A stretch of DNA of 64,000 bases. It comes from PVC group bacterium. Lineage in GTDB: Bacteria > Omnitrophota > Gorgyraeia > B26-G9. The stretch covers positions 356,593 through 420,592 of the forward strand of contig JAAEQR010000142.1 in NCBI GenBank assembly GCA_024231215.1, in the 5' to 3' direction. The translations under genes were made by a program, and so were the position numbers. The notes under the pieces are model-generated. The model ran no database searches, was not told where the DNA came from, and saw nothing but the letters and a program-made list of their open reading frames with translations. Below are positions 29,408 through 39,260 of this stretch, in pieces (position 1 is the first letter of the stretch; every line of letters starts with the position of its first letter).

Positions 29408-30318
29408 CTTTGAGCCCTTAAGCGTTCTAACTTCGGTTTGGCTTGTAGGGCCCATGTGGTTTTTTCGTAACTATACACAAGCTCCTCATAATATTTTAAT
29501 GCAGCATATGTTTTTCGCAGTTTTTCATAAAATCGCGCAGTTTTAAAAAGCTTCTCCGCTTTTTTATTAACCAGCTTATTCTTTAAGCTTTCTGCTTTAG
29601 CCACATATTCACTTGTCGGAGCCCGGGCAAGAAAATTATTCAAATCACCATGTGCCCTATCAAGAATTTCTTCGTCATAGTCTTTAATTAATGAAGATAT
29701 TTTAAATGAACATAAAGCGCTATAATATCCAGCATCGTCCAAATACGGGCTAAAAGAATAGTTTTCCGAAATTTTATCAAATTCATCCCGCGCTTCATTA
29801 AACCGCCGCAACCTGAACGAACATAGGCCTATTTTATACTGTGCAACATCAGCCACCTTGCTATAAGGAGAATTTAATAATGATTTTTGAAAAATCTCTT
29901 CCGCTAACTCGTATTTTCTACGCTTAAAATACACTTCTCCAATAAGATACTGCTGTTCCACAATTGATTCCAACCGATCATTCAAAGGATAGATATCAAT
30001 AACTTCCTGATAAATTTTAAACGCGTGATAATGCCTTCCTCTTTTTTCTTCGCAAAGTCCCATGAAATACTTTGCTTCCGGAGCATATTCGGTTTTTGGG
30101 AATTTTCTAAGAATCTTTTTGAACTCATAAATTGCTTTTCGATAATCCCCGGCATCAAAATAACGTTTTGCCCAGTCAAACTGTTCTTGAGGAGTATCAA
30201 ATGTTTTATAAAGAGGGTTGACCCATTTTTGGGTCCCTGGGGTCCATACCCAGTAGGCAAAGCATACCTGGATATTTGTAACAAACAATAAAAGTAAGAT
30301 AACAATGGTTTTCTTCAT
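29404..30318 (-). CDS. bamD: Outer membrane protein assembly factor BamD-like TPR protein
   Basis: Signal peptide, TPR repeats (FP.TEYAPEAKY), C-terminal ARFYEK...AALKYY; bamD-lptE-holA synteny. Confidence 0.75.
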   Translation of the reverse strand: MKKTIVILLLLFVTNIQVCFAYWVWTPGTQKWVNPLYKTFDTPQEQFDWAKRYFDAGDYRKAIYEFKKILRKFPKTEYAPEAKYFMGLCEEKRGRHYHAFKIYQEVIDIYPLNDRLESIVEQQYLIGEVYFKRRKYELAEEIFQKSLLNSPYSKVADVAQYKIGLCSFRLRRFNEARDEFDKISENYSFSPYLDDAGYYSALCSFKISSLIKDYDEEILDRAHGDLNNFLARAPTSEYVAKAESLKNKLVNKKAEKLFKTARFYEKLRKTYAALKYYEELVYSYEKTTWALQAKPKLERLRAQR

Positions 30319-30378
30319 AATTTAATCCTTGAGGGAGTACTATATCACAAGAAAAACTTTATGTCAAATAGTGGTTCA

Positions 30379-30780
30379 TTAAGTGGCTAGTTGGGGCATT
30401 GGGGATTCTGCTTGCTTATTGGAAGAAATCGTTTTAGCAACTACGTCTCTGAATTGGAAACGAGCCTCTTGACTCAAATCTTCAAAGTGAACACCAAGTT
30501 TAAACCGCTCCTGGTAGGGAAATTGCTCTACCCATACTACCTTACCCATAACCTTCACTGGTTCCGCTCCAGCCGATAGTGAAGCTTCTAATAAAAGTTT
30601 GGACTTGACCGGATAAAAATAAAAAGACGAAAGCTGTATCCCTGTTTCGCTTATATCTTTAGAGAAAGAATTGTTAATTTGGACAGAAAGTCCCGGAGAA
30701 ACCTGTTTGAGTTTAACAGGAAAATCAGAATTTGCGCGTAAAAATCCTCTTCTTTCGTATATCATCCTTGTATCATTCAT
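30379..30780 (-). CDS. PilZ domain protein
   Basis: ERRGFLR (RxxxR) and DISETG (DxSxxG). Confidence 0.88.
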   Translation of the reverse strand: MNDTRMIYERRGFLRANSDFPVKLKQVSPGLSVQINNSFSKDISETGIQLSSFYFYPVKSKLLLEASLSAGAEPVKVMGKVVWVEQFPYQERFKLGVHFEDLSQEARFQFRDVVAKTISSNKQAESPMPQLAT

Positions 30781-30893
30781 GATCCATCATACTCCTCTTT
30801 TAACTGTCAATTCTAGCATATTATAAAATATTATATCTGTCAAGAAAAAACCTTCTTGAAATAAAATATTATTTCCTTATAATATAACATATC

Positions 30894-33800
30894 ATGATAA
30901 AGAAATTTATTCTTTTTTTCCTACTATCTATTATCGTTTTAATTGTCGGGGGATATTTTTATATTAACCTTATCCTGCTGCCGCGCCAGGTAATTCCTCA
31001 AATAACAACTCAGGTTCAAGAACAATTGCAAAGAAAAATCAGTATTAATAGTATTTATCTAGCCCCCACCGGCAAAATTAGCATAAGAGGCATAACTTTT
31101 TATAATCCAGATGAAACTCCCTTGCTGCGATGCAAAAACATTAAGATAAGTCCTTCCTATCGGGGCACTTATAACGCATGGAAGAAAAACAAGGACTTGC
31201 TGCATATACCGCTTAATATTAAGCTTAAAGATATTAACCTCCGTCAAGATCCTCTCGCTATCTCTGGTAATGCTGATTCTTACATTTCAATAACCTTAGA
31301 TTTAAAAAATTCCAAAAACATTGACTGGAAAGGCAATATAACCCTTCAGGATTTTATAGTTGCCAACATCCCATTTTTTGGTGATATTGAAGACCTCCAT
31401 GGAACCATAAAAGTCACTCCAAGCGGAGCATCAACTGAAGGAATTGAAGGCACTATAAATCATGCTCCGGCTGATTTAAAATTCACCTTGACCGATTTTA
31501 GTGCCCCGCACCTGGAATTAAACACAACCCTTACACCCCTTTCTCTGGCACTGAAATGTTCTTTGGTCGAAAACATGCTTACTCTAGACAAAGTTGATGC
31601 CGCATATAATAATATTAATCTGGATTTATCCGGATCGATAAAAGATGTTTCCACCAATCCCACCTCAAATATATTCGCAGATATCACTATTGACTTAGAA
31701 GACTTAAGTAAACTTCCCTTAGAAATAAAAACTCTCATGTTAAAACTTAACCCTAAAGGAATTATTTCATCTAAAATCAATATTGAAGGGCCATTAAAAA
31801 ATCTTGCTGCAATACAAGTAGATGTCGAGCTGGAATCTCCGGAAGTCTCTTGTCTTAACTATTCAATAAAAAATATTGAGATAAACGCTGCCTTGAAAAA
31901 AGGAATACTTAATTTAGAAAATTGTTATGCCTCTATATTTGATAATGACACTATAATCAATGCAGAGTGTAATATAATAGATCCAGCAATGCCCTTTACT
32001 ACAGATATAAAATTAAAAAAATGGTTGATAAAAAAAATCCTCATTAATTTAGATCTTGAACAGGAAATTTCCGGCAACTTTGATGCCGATATCTTAGTTA
32101 AAGGCAACATTAATGATTTAAATAATATCGAAATATCTTATAAAACGATATTAAATAATATTAAATATGAAAATTCCTTATTCCCTCCGGAAATTCAGTC
32201 CAACGGCAGACTTGCCTTTCAAAATCTTAAAGATATAACTATTAAAGATATAACTATTGAAGATACAATTAGTGAACTCGATATTAAAGGCATGATCTCT
32301 GATCTCTTATCTCCTTATTTTAATCTCTCCATTAAATTACAATGTGATATTAGCAAACTAGCCGACTATAAAATGATTTCCCTGCCGGTAGGCCTAACTT
32401 TATCCGGCTTACTCAGAAGCAACTTTAGCCTAAAAGGCCCTGCAACCTCAATCAATACTATCGGCATCCCCTTTGAAATAACTTCCGATACAATTACGAT
32501 CAATCAATCTTCACTAAATACATTTGAATTAAAGGGATTTTTTGAAGCAATGAAACTAACTATTTCTTCCTTAGATACTAAGATATATGACGGAGAATGT
32601 AATATAGTCGGTACAGTAGATATCACAGACCTGAAAACCCCTGTTTTCCAAACAACCACACAAATTAAGGACATCAACCTGGAAACATTACTAAAAAGCA
32701 ACAATATTACCAATGTACAACTTAAAGGTCTACTTTCTTCGAATTTAGAAATATCCGGAGAAGGAAGCACCCCGGAAACCTTACAAGCCAAAATCTCACT
32801 AGCTACACAATTAAACAAAGTTAATGTTCAAGATATCGCCTTAAAAGGCGCACAATTATTCACTGATTTAAACTATACAAAGACAGATATTAATATTACC
32901 CGATTGGATTTAATATATAACAGCATTACCATCAACTCAAAAGCTACGATTACTTCCTTATTGAACAAACCACAAATTGAACTAACCCTAAACAGCAATC
33001 TGGAACTTGAAGATTTAGACAAACTACCTATAACTTTACCTGAAAACGTGCAGGACTTAAATCTATCCGGTATTATTAACACAGTAGTTACTGCAAATGG
33101 TCCTTTTTCCGCTAAGGAATGGACACAGATACAAATGATTACAAGTATTACATCGGACCAGATCACGATCAAAGGCATTATTATTGAAGACCTTGATATT
33201 TCAACTAATCTTAAAAATAAAATTTTAGATATAAAAGCAGAAACAAATACATATACCGGTAATCTTGCTGCCGAAGCTAATGTCGATCTTCTCGTCTTTC
33301 CTCAAAATTTCAGATACCAGGGTAATCTAAAAATAGACACTGTAGATATCGGCCAGCTTATTGAAGAATCAAAAATAGTACAACAAAAACACAAAGGAAT
33401 TTTTTCGGCAAAAGCCAATTTTTCCGGCCAGGGAGTAAGCCATAACACCGTTAAAGCCGATGCACGGTTTGATCTTACGGATGCTAAATTAGACGGTCTC
33501 CAAATACTTCATTCTATTGGAAATATATCCGGAACAACCTTCCTTTCCGACTTTGAGGTCAGCCAAGGAAGCGGTACATTTAAAATCGAAAATAACGAAG
33601 TTCGCACTCAAGATACTATGCTCATCGGAACTGATGCCACGATCACAGCAAAAGGAGCAATTGACTTTTTCCAGAATTTCAAGGATTTCGAGGTAATGTT
33701 GGTATTATCAGACAGCGGAGTAGACAAAACTAACCCAAATTTATTAAAAGAATTCTTCATTTTTGAAAACGATAAGTACTGCAGAACTATTCCCATAAAA

Positions 33801-33920
33801 GGATCCTTAACCAATCCCAAACCTGATTTGGATAAAATAATCAAGGAAGAAGCTGGAAGACAAGCGAAAAAGATTATTAATAAGCAACTGGATGGTCTTT
33901 TAGAAGGTTTATTTAAATAA
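30894..33920 (+). CDS. AsmA-like/DUF748 bridge-like lipid transfer protein
   Basis: N-terminal TM anchor, long beta-rich repeats, C-terminal IPIKGSLTNPKPD. Confidence 0.75.
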   Translation: MIKKFILFFLLSIIVLIVGGYFYINLILLPRQVIPQITTQVQEQLQRKISINSIYLAPTGKISIRGITFYNPDETPLLRCKNIKISPSYRGTYNAWKKNKDLLHIPLNIKLKDINLRQDPLAISGNADSYISITLDLKNSKNIDWKGNITLQDFIVANIPFFGDIEDLHGTIKVTPSGASTEGIEGTINHAPADLKFTLTDFSAPHLELNTTLTPLSLALKCSLVENMLTLDKVDAAYNNINLDLSGSIKDVSTNPTSNIFADITIDLEDLSKLPLEIKTLMLKLNPKGIISSKINIEGPLKNLAAIQVDVELESPEVSCLNYSIKNIEINAALKKGILNLENCYASIFDNDTIINAECNIIDPAMPFTTDIKLKKWLIKKILINLDLEQEISGNFDADILVKGNINDLNNIEISYKTILNNIKYENSLFPPEIQSNGRLAFQNLKDITIKDITIEDTISELDIKGMISDLLSPYFNLSIKLQCDISKLADYKMISLPVGLTLSGLLRSNFSLKGPATSINTIGIPFEITSDTITINQSSLNTFELKGFFEAMKLTISSLDTKIYDGECNIVGTVDITDLKTPVFQTTTQIKDINLETLLKSNNITNVQLKGLLSSNLEISGEGSTPETLQAKISLATQLNKVNVQDIALKGAQLFTDLNYTKTDINITRLDLIYNSITINSKATITSLLNKPQIELTLNSNLELEDLDKLPITLPENVQDLNLSGIINTVVTANGPFSAKEWTQIQMITSITSDQITIKGIIIEDLDISTNLKNKILDIKAETNTYTGNLAAEANVDLLVFPQNFRYQGNLKIDTVDIGQLIEESKIVQQKHKGIFSAKANFSGQGVSHNTVKADARFDLTDAKLDGLQILHSIGNISGTTFLSDFEVSQGSGTFKIENNEVRTQDTMLIGTDATITAKGAIDFFQNFKDFEVMLVLSDSGVDKTNPNLLKEFFIFENDKYCRTIPIKGSLTNPKPDLDKIIKEEAGRQAKKIINKQLDGLLEGLFK

Positions 33921-33931
33921 CCGGGAGTAAC

Positions 33932-34270
33932 CTACAACACCGACTCATAGGAACATTCTTTAACTTTCTCGCCTTCGAAGGTAACAAGAATCGCGATAAA
34001 ATTATTAGTATCCTGCGGATAATATATCCACAATTCACCATCACTTTTTCCGGTATTTTTGACTCGTGCAGGAGTTCCTAACATGTCCCTCACCTCAGAT
34101 CTTGTCTTTCCAACAAGATCTTCTGATTCCATAGGAAAACGCACACTAACAAAAGAAGTCTGTTTTTCCATAGAATCATAACGGTTCGTTATAACAGATG
34201 GTGTTTTATGCTTAGGAGCACATCCGCATAAGATTAAGGTAAGAAATAAGATAAAGGCCTGCTTTACCAT
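33932..34270 (-). CDS. Small lipoprotein (BamE/SmpA-like)
   Basis: Lipobox LCGC; GKTRSEVRDMLGTP...WIY. Confidence 0.65.
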   Translation of the reverse strand: MVKQAFILFLTLILCGCAPKHKTPSVITNRYDSMEKQTSFVSVRFPMESEDLVGKTRSEVRDMLGTPARVKNTGKSDGELWIYYPQDTNNFIAILVTFEGEKVKECSYESVL

Positions 34271-34335
34271 TTGACTTTCAATGTATCATATCTGCTATTT
34301 TCTGTCAATGAAATTAAAATAGCCTTGCCAAAAGC

Positions 34336-34364
34336 TTGCATTACAGCAGGGTTTATGGTATTAT
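34336..34364 (+). promoter_or_regulatory. Sigma70 promoter with no downstream + strand ORF
   Basis: TTGCAT-N17-TATTAT with extended -10 TG. Confidence 0.55.
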
Positions 34365-34371
34365 TAGATTT

Positions 34372-34460
34372 GCAGCGGAATTATAGGCATTAAGTCTCGG
34401 CTTAAAGCAATTATCGCGTCGGTGCGCTCGGCAAAGATAAAAATATTCCGCTGTTTTTTT
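34372..34460 (+). ncRNA. Candidate structured small RNA (three-way junction), family unknown
   Basis: CAGCGGAAT/ATTCCGCTG closing stem, two internal hairpins, T7 tail, promoter directly upstream. Confidence 0.45.
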
Positions 34461-34467
34461 ATAGCGG

Positions 34468-35139
34468 TTAAATTACTTTTATTAGTCTTTGTGGAAAACT
34501 TATATCAGACACTACTACTTTTCCACTCTGCCTTTTCCCCTTACCCTTAAAAAACCCTTTTTTTGCTGCGCCGAAAGTAACTGTAGTATGAGCACATATA
34601 CATGTGCTGAAAATTTTCCCCGTATCTGCACAAAGGCCACTCGGAATATCTAACGCAATTACAGTTTTTTTAGCCCGATTAATAACGTCAATTACATCTT
34701 TAAATATTCCACCAATATCTTTATTTAAACCAATACCAAAAATTCCGTCAACAACTAAACCCGTACTTTTAAGTGCAGGTTTGATTCTTTTCAGATTTTC
34801 TAAAGAGTTGACCTGTTCTATATCCGTTTTCATTTTGCGCAAAATATTAAAATTAATCAAAGCATCCCCTTTAATCTTACTTTCATCAGCCAAAAGAAAT
34901 ATCTTTACCTTAAATTTATTATTCAAAAGATGCCGGGCCACAACAAATCCATCACCCCCGTTATTCCCCGGGCCACAAAAAATCAATGTTTTTTTACTCT
35001 TTCTCTTCTTTAATAGTTCAATCGCCACTTCAGATGCGCGTAATCCGGCATTTTCCATTAAAATCAAGCCCGGAATCCCATACTCCTCTTGAGCTTTTCT
35101 ATCCAACTCTTTCATCTGCTGCGCATCAACTTTAATCAT
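34468..35139 (-). CDS. nnrE: NAD(P)H-hydrate epimerase (YjeF N-terminal)
   Basis: LMENAG, CGPGNNGGDG, VDGIFGIG, DIPSG; start set at MIKVDA. Confidence 0.93.
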   Translation of the reverse strand: MIKVDAQQMKELDRKAQEEYGIPGLILMENAGLRASEVAIELLKKRKSKKTLIFCGPGNNGGDGFVVARHLLNNKFKVKIFLLADESKIKGDALINFNILRKMKTDIEQVNSLENLKRIKPALKSTGLVVDGIFGIGLNKDIGGIFKDVIDVINRAKKTVIALDIPSGLCADTGKIFSTCICAHTTVTFGAAKKGFFKGKGKRQSGKVVVSDISFPQRLIKVI

Positions 35140-35153
35140 ACAACTTTTCTCCA

Positions 35154-35230
35154 TTAAACCCAAAATTTGCCTTAGATCGTGGCGAAGAGCACCAATCTTC
35201 ATCCATATCTAGTGCAAAATCTGGGTTAAA
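35154..35230. repeat. Palindromic repeat family, copy A
   Basis: TTAAACCCAAAATTTGCCTTAGA...TCTAGTGCAAAATCTGGGTTAAA arms, shared with copies at 40681, 53827 and 59269. Confidence 0.7.
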
Positions 35231-35258
35231 AAAATGCGGGGTAATCCCCGCGTTTTTA
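35228..35258 (-). terminator. Rho-independent terminator after accA
   Basis: GCGGGG-TAAT-CCCCGC hairpin with A and T runs on either side. Confidence 0.7.
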
Positions 35259-35281
35259 TAACTATATATATTTATTGCTAT

Positions 35282-36238
35282 TTACTCGTCCCATACTCCT
35301 ATAGATCTAAACTTATTATAGCGTTTTTCCAATAATTTATTTTTAGATATCCTGGTTAAATTCGCCAGATTTTTCTTTAAACTCGCTTTCATCGCCTGCG
35401 CTGCTGCTGCCGTATCACGATGCGCACCACCTAAAGGTTCAGGAATGATCTCATCGATTATCTTCAATTTCAATAAATCATTTGCCGTTATCTTTAAAGC
35501 TTGAGCCGCATCCGGAGCATGTTTGCGATTGCGCCAGAGAATTGCTGCACAACCTTCCGGAGAAATTACCGAATAATAAGCATTTTCAAACATACACACC
35601 CGGTCACCAACTCCAATACCCAAGGCCCCACCAGAACCACCCTCACCGATAACCACAACAATAATCGGCACAGCAATCTGAGACATCTCACGCAGATTAT
35701 AAGCAATTGCTTCTGCCTGTCCGCGTTCTTCAGCGTCAATCCCCGGATAAGCTCCGGGCGTATCAATAAAAGTCACAACCGGTACTTTAAACTGCTCAGC
35801 TAAGCGCATTAGCCGCATCGCCTTACGATACCCTTCAGGATGAGGACTTCCGAAGCTACGATATAGATTCTCGTTGGTATCTCTGCCTTTCTGATGACCA
35901 ATAACCATTACCTTCTGATTGTCAATCATAGCCAAACCGCAAATAATTGCCGGATCATCCCGAAATGCCCGATCCCCTTTTAATTCGATGAAGTCTGTCA
36001 TAATCATATTAATGTAATCAAGTGTATATGGCCGTTTGGGATGTCGCGCAATTTGCACCTTTTGCCAGGACGTCAGATTACCAAAAATCTCCTTCTTCAA
36101 CCCTTCTAATTTATCTTCAAACTGCTTAATTTCTGTAGATAAATCAACCTTCCGTTCTTTGGAAAAATTTTTAATCTCACTGATCTTTTGTTCTAATTCC
36201 AAAATCGGCTTTTCAAAATCCAATCCTGTTCCGTTCAT
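35282..36238 (-). CDS. accA: Acetyl-CoA carboxylase carboxyltransferase alpha subunit
   Basis: [39 protein letters not shown]. Confidence 0.97.
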   Translation of the reverse strand: MNGTGLDFEKPILELEQKISEIKNFSKERKVDLSTEIKQFEDKLEGLKKEIFGNLTSWQKVQIARHPKRPYTLDYINMIMTDFIELKGDRAFRDDPAIICGLAMIDNQKVMVIGHQKGRDTNENLYRSFGSPHPEGYRKAMRLMRLAEQFKVPVVTFIDTPGAYPGIDAEERGQAEAIAYNLREMSQIAVPIIVVVIGEGGSGGALGIGVGDRVCMFENAYYSVISPEGCAAILWRNRKHAPDAAQALKITANDLLKLKIIDEIIPEPLGGAHRDTAAAAQAMKASLKKNLANLTRISKNKLLEKRYNKFRSIGVWDE

Positions 36239-36257
36239 CTTTTAGGCTCTTTCTCCA

Positions 36258-37187
36258 CTAATCGATAATAACAACTTCTGTTTCTCCGGGAACAATCACA
36301 AACAACTCTTCCACTTCTTTATTTTTCATGCGAACACACCCTTGAGTCGCCTGAGTTCCGATAGAGTCAGGCATTGTTGTTCCATGAATCCCATATCCTG
36401 GTTCTGATAACCCCAGCCAGCGTGTACCGAGAATATTCTCCGCACTTCCCGGAGGAACAATCGCCCCGGTCTTATACCAAACCGGGTCTTTAATCCGATG
36501 ACCGGTTAATATTTTAAATGTCCCCACCGGAGTACAGTTATCTTTACCCGTTGCAATGTTATAAATCTTAACAATTTCATTTTCTGTTTTTAAAACAAGG
36601 ATATTATCTGACTTGTCTACATTTATTTTAAATACCGCTTTATTTACTTTTAATTTCATCCCCGGCTTAATCAGAGAGCCTGTAAGACTATTACTCTTCA
36701 TCAGCAGATCAACCGTAGTATGATGATTTTTGGCTATTTTGTATAAGCTATCTCCCGGCTGAACCGTATAGACAAAGCTATCTTCTGTCTGAATAGGTGA
36801 ACCCAATATGCTGATATTTAAATCCCATAATTTCTGTTTAGCATTAGCCGCTGGTTCGCTATCCAAATAACTATTTACCAATTGCTTTAAAGCAGCTTTT
36901 TGCTTCAATTTGTCATTCCCTGCCTCATGTATCTGCGCAATTTGCACAAGTGCCATCGCAGCTTGCAAACTTTCCGGATATTCAGCTAAAATCTGTTCAA
37001 ATTTAGCCAATGCATCTGCTTGAGATTTAAGCTTCAGCTTTTCTGCTTGCTTGTATAAGTTTTTTGCCGGAGAAGAAACCGATATTTTTCGAGGTTCCGA
37101 AGATATACGTTTATTACTACTCATCCGGACAACGAGAAATACCGCCACTACTCCAATCAAAACATATAAAAATACCCTTCTTCGCAT
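36258..37187 (-). CDS. L,D-transpeptidase with TPR-like and LysM domains
   Basis: YTVQPGDSLYKIA (LysM); YGIHGT...TQGCVRM (YkuD). Confidence 0.92.
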   Translation of the reverse strand: MRRRVFLYVLIGVVAVFLVVRMSSNKRISSEPRKISVSSPAKNLYKQAEKLKLKSQADALAKFEQILAEYPESLQAAMALVQIAQIHEAGNDKLKQKAALKQLVNSYLDSEPAANAKQKLWDLNISILGSPIQTEDSFVYTVQPGDSLYKIAKNHHTTVDLLMKSNSLTGSLIKPGMKLKVNKAVFKINVDKSDNILVLKTENEIVKIYNIATGKDNCTPVGTFKILTGHRIKDPVWYKTGAIVPPGSAENILGTRWLGLSEPGYGIHGTTMPDSIGTQATQGCVRMKNKEVEELFVIVPGETEVVIID

Positions 37188-37211
37188 TTTATCCCCCTTT
37201 AATGAAGCGAA

Positions 37212-37676
37212 TTATAATGTCACCACAAATATAGCGATCACTATCCCTAAAAACGCTCCCATAAATACCTCAATTAGTGTATGACCAACCAGTTCCCTTA
37301 AACGCTCTTGCTTTATCCCTCGTTTTAAATAAATATCTTCAATAATCCTATTCAAAGCCTCAGCCTGTAATCCAGTATTTCTCCGTAATCCTTGGGCATC
37401 AAACATGATTATAAGCGCAAAAATCGCTGTAATTGCAAATACAATCGTATCAAAACCATTGTATAAGCCAACTGCGGTTGCCAAAGCACTTACCCCGGCT
37501 GAGTGCGCGCTGGGCATGCCGCCAGTGCCCATAATCCACTTAAAATCAAAACGCCTCTCTTTTATTAATCCGGAAATTACTTTTATAAGCTGGGCTATAC
37601 CCCAGGAACAACACGAGGCCCAAATAACCCGGTTGCTCGCAATTTCTTTAAAAAAATCGGTTGTCTGTATATACAT
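37212..37676 (-). CDS. Divergent PAP2 family protein (DUF212)
   Basis: TGGMPSAHSA, MFDAQGLRR, LRELVGHT..EV. Confidence 0.92.
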   Translation of the reverse strand: MYIQTTDFFKEIASNRVIWASCCSWGIAQLIKVISGLIKERRFDFKWIMGTGGMPSAHSAGVSALATAVGLYNGFDTIVFAITAIFALIIMFDAQGLRRNTGLQAEALNRIIEDIYLKRGIKQERLRELVGHTLIEVFMGAFLGIVIAIFVVTL

Positions 37677-37790
37677 ATTGCAATAATTATAATATAGATC
37701 TAATGAAAAATCAATTTTTTATTAGGATAATTTATTTTTGATCAACTAGATATGGACATAAAGCAAGATGATTCAATGCATTACAATAAA

Positions 37791-39242
37791 TCAAAGTTCC
37801 CACCAACCATAAATCTGGTTTTTCCCTTTTTCCTTAGCTTTATATAATGCCTGGTCTGCCTTTTCGATAAGCTTAACAATGTCATCTGAATTTTCCGGAT
37901 AAATTGCTACCCCTATACTAATACCTACAAAAAATTTTGAATCTTCAAAAAGAGGGCCGGTATTCTGAACAGTCTCTATTAAGCGTTTTCCCAGCTGAAT
38001 TGTATCTTTAGGATTCAAATTATGCAGGCAGGTCATAAATTCATCCCCACCATAACGACAAGCAAAATCTGTCTGCCTTAATATACCTTTTATTTTAGCA
38101 GCAATTGTTTGCAAAACTTTATCGCCGGCAGGATGTCCGTAAGTATCATTTATTGTCTTAAAATCGTCAATATCAATCAAAAAAAGCGCCATTTTTGTGC
38201 CGTATCGTTTACAGCGATACGCCTCTGTTTTAAGCCGATCTTTAAAATGCCGGATAACATACAACCCTGTCAAGCTATCGGTTATGGACAATTCTTCTAC
38301 TTTTTCAAAAAGCCTTGCATTTTCTACGGCCATAGCAATTTGCCCGGCAAAAGACTGAATTGTCTGAACTTCTTCTGAATTTATCCGCTGTTGACTCAGG
38401 ATATTATCTACAACCAATAAACCAACAACAACGTCTTTAATCAACAACGGAACAAAAACAACTACGTCATGAAAACTTCTCTGAATAAGATTATCTCCTT
38501 TACCAAAAAGATAATCAACCAATGGATGCACATTTGGTTTTAATGGATATTGCTCTTTCTCCAAAGAAGTAATTGTACCTCTTAAATCATAAGCTACTTC
38601 TCCTTTAAGCATCTCCTGCTTACGATCTACTAGATAAAGCCGAACCCGGTCAAACCCCATATGAGTTACAATGCTCTTAACGATAAACTTCAGCAATTCG
38701 TCAAGATGTAAACTCTTTACAATATTTGACGATATTTCAAAAGAAGCCCGTAATTGCCGAACATGTCTTTCGTTCTGCAAAAAAATCTTTAGATTCTTAA
38801 TCGCAATCGTCAATTCCGTACAGAACAAACGGATCGAAGACAAATTGCCATTAGAAAAACGATGTCCGGTAAGCCTAGTTATTCGGAGCATTCCTAAAAA
38901 CTCATCATCATTTCTCAAAGCTACACAAATACTAGCCTGGTTTTGTTTATCAATAACCAAATCTGTAATTCCGAAACTCAACCCCCACAAAGGAGAATCC
39001 TTAGTAACAATAATAACTTCATCGCCGTCCTGCAAAATATCTGTCCTTATTACTTTTTGCGAACGCAGAACTTTTTCCTTAGGCTCCCAGATAAAAACAG
39101 CTGCTTCAACACGGCCCAGAGCCTGAGCTAAAATTAACAAGGAATGGGAAAATAAAGAATCCGTGTCCTTATCATGACTGATACTATGCCACAGTTTATT
39201 TAAAATAGCATTTTTATCTGTTTTTTTCTTCTTTTTAACCAT
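37791..39242 (-). CDS. GAF-GAF-GGDEF diguanylate cyclase
   Basis: AVENARLF, TDSLTGL, DIDDFK.IND.YGH..GD, RQTD I-site, RYGGDEF. Confidence 0.93.
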   Translation of the reverse strand: MVKKKKKTDKNAILNKLWHSISHDKDTDSLFSHSLLILAQALGRVEAAVFIWEPKEKVLRSQKVIRTDILQDGDEVIIVTKDSPLWGLSFGITDLVIDKQNQASICVALRNDDEFLGMLRITRLTGHRFSNGNLSSIRLFCTELTIAIKNLKIFLQNERHVRQLRASFEISSNIVKSLHLDELLKFIVKSIVTHMGFDRVRLYLVDRKQEMLKGEVAYDLRGTITSLEKEQYPLKPNVHPLVDYLFGKGDNLIQRSFHDVVVFVPLLIKDVVVGLLVVDNILSQQRINSEEVQTIQSFAGQIAMAVENARLFEKVEELSITDSLTGLYVIRHFKDRLKTEAYRCKRYGTKMALFLIDIDDFKTINDTYGHPAGDKVLQTIAAKIKGILRQTDFACRYGGDEFMTCLHNLNPKDTIQLGKRLIETVQNTGPLFEDSKFFVGISIGVAIYPENSDDIVKLIEKADQALYKAKEKGKNQIYGWWEL

Positions 39243-39260
39243 TTATCACTCGTCACTTAA

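Noticed and set aside
35140-35202. N-terminal extension of nnrE
   Set aside because: Runs through palindromic repeat copy A; the GGAG RBS supports the start at 35139
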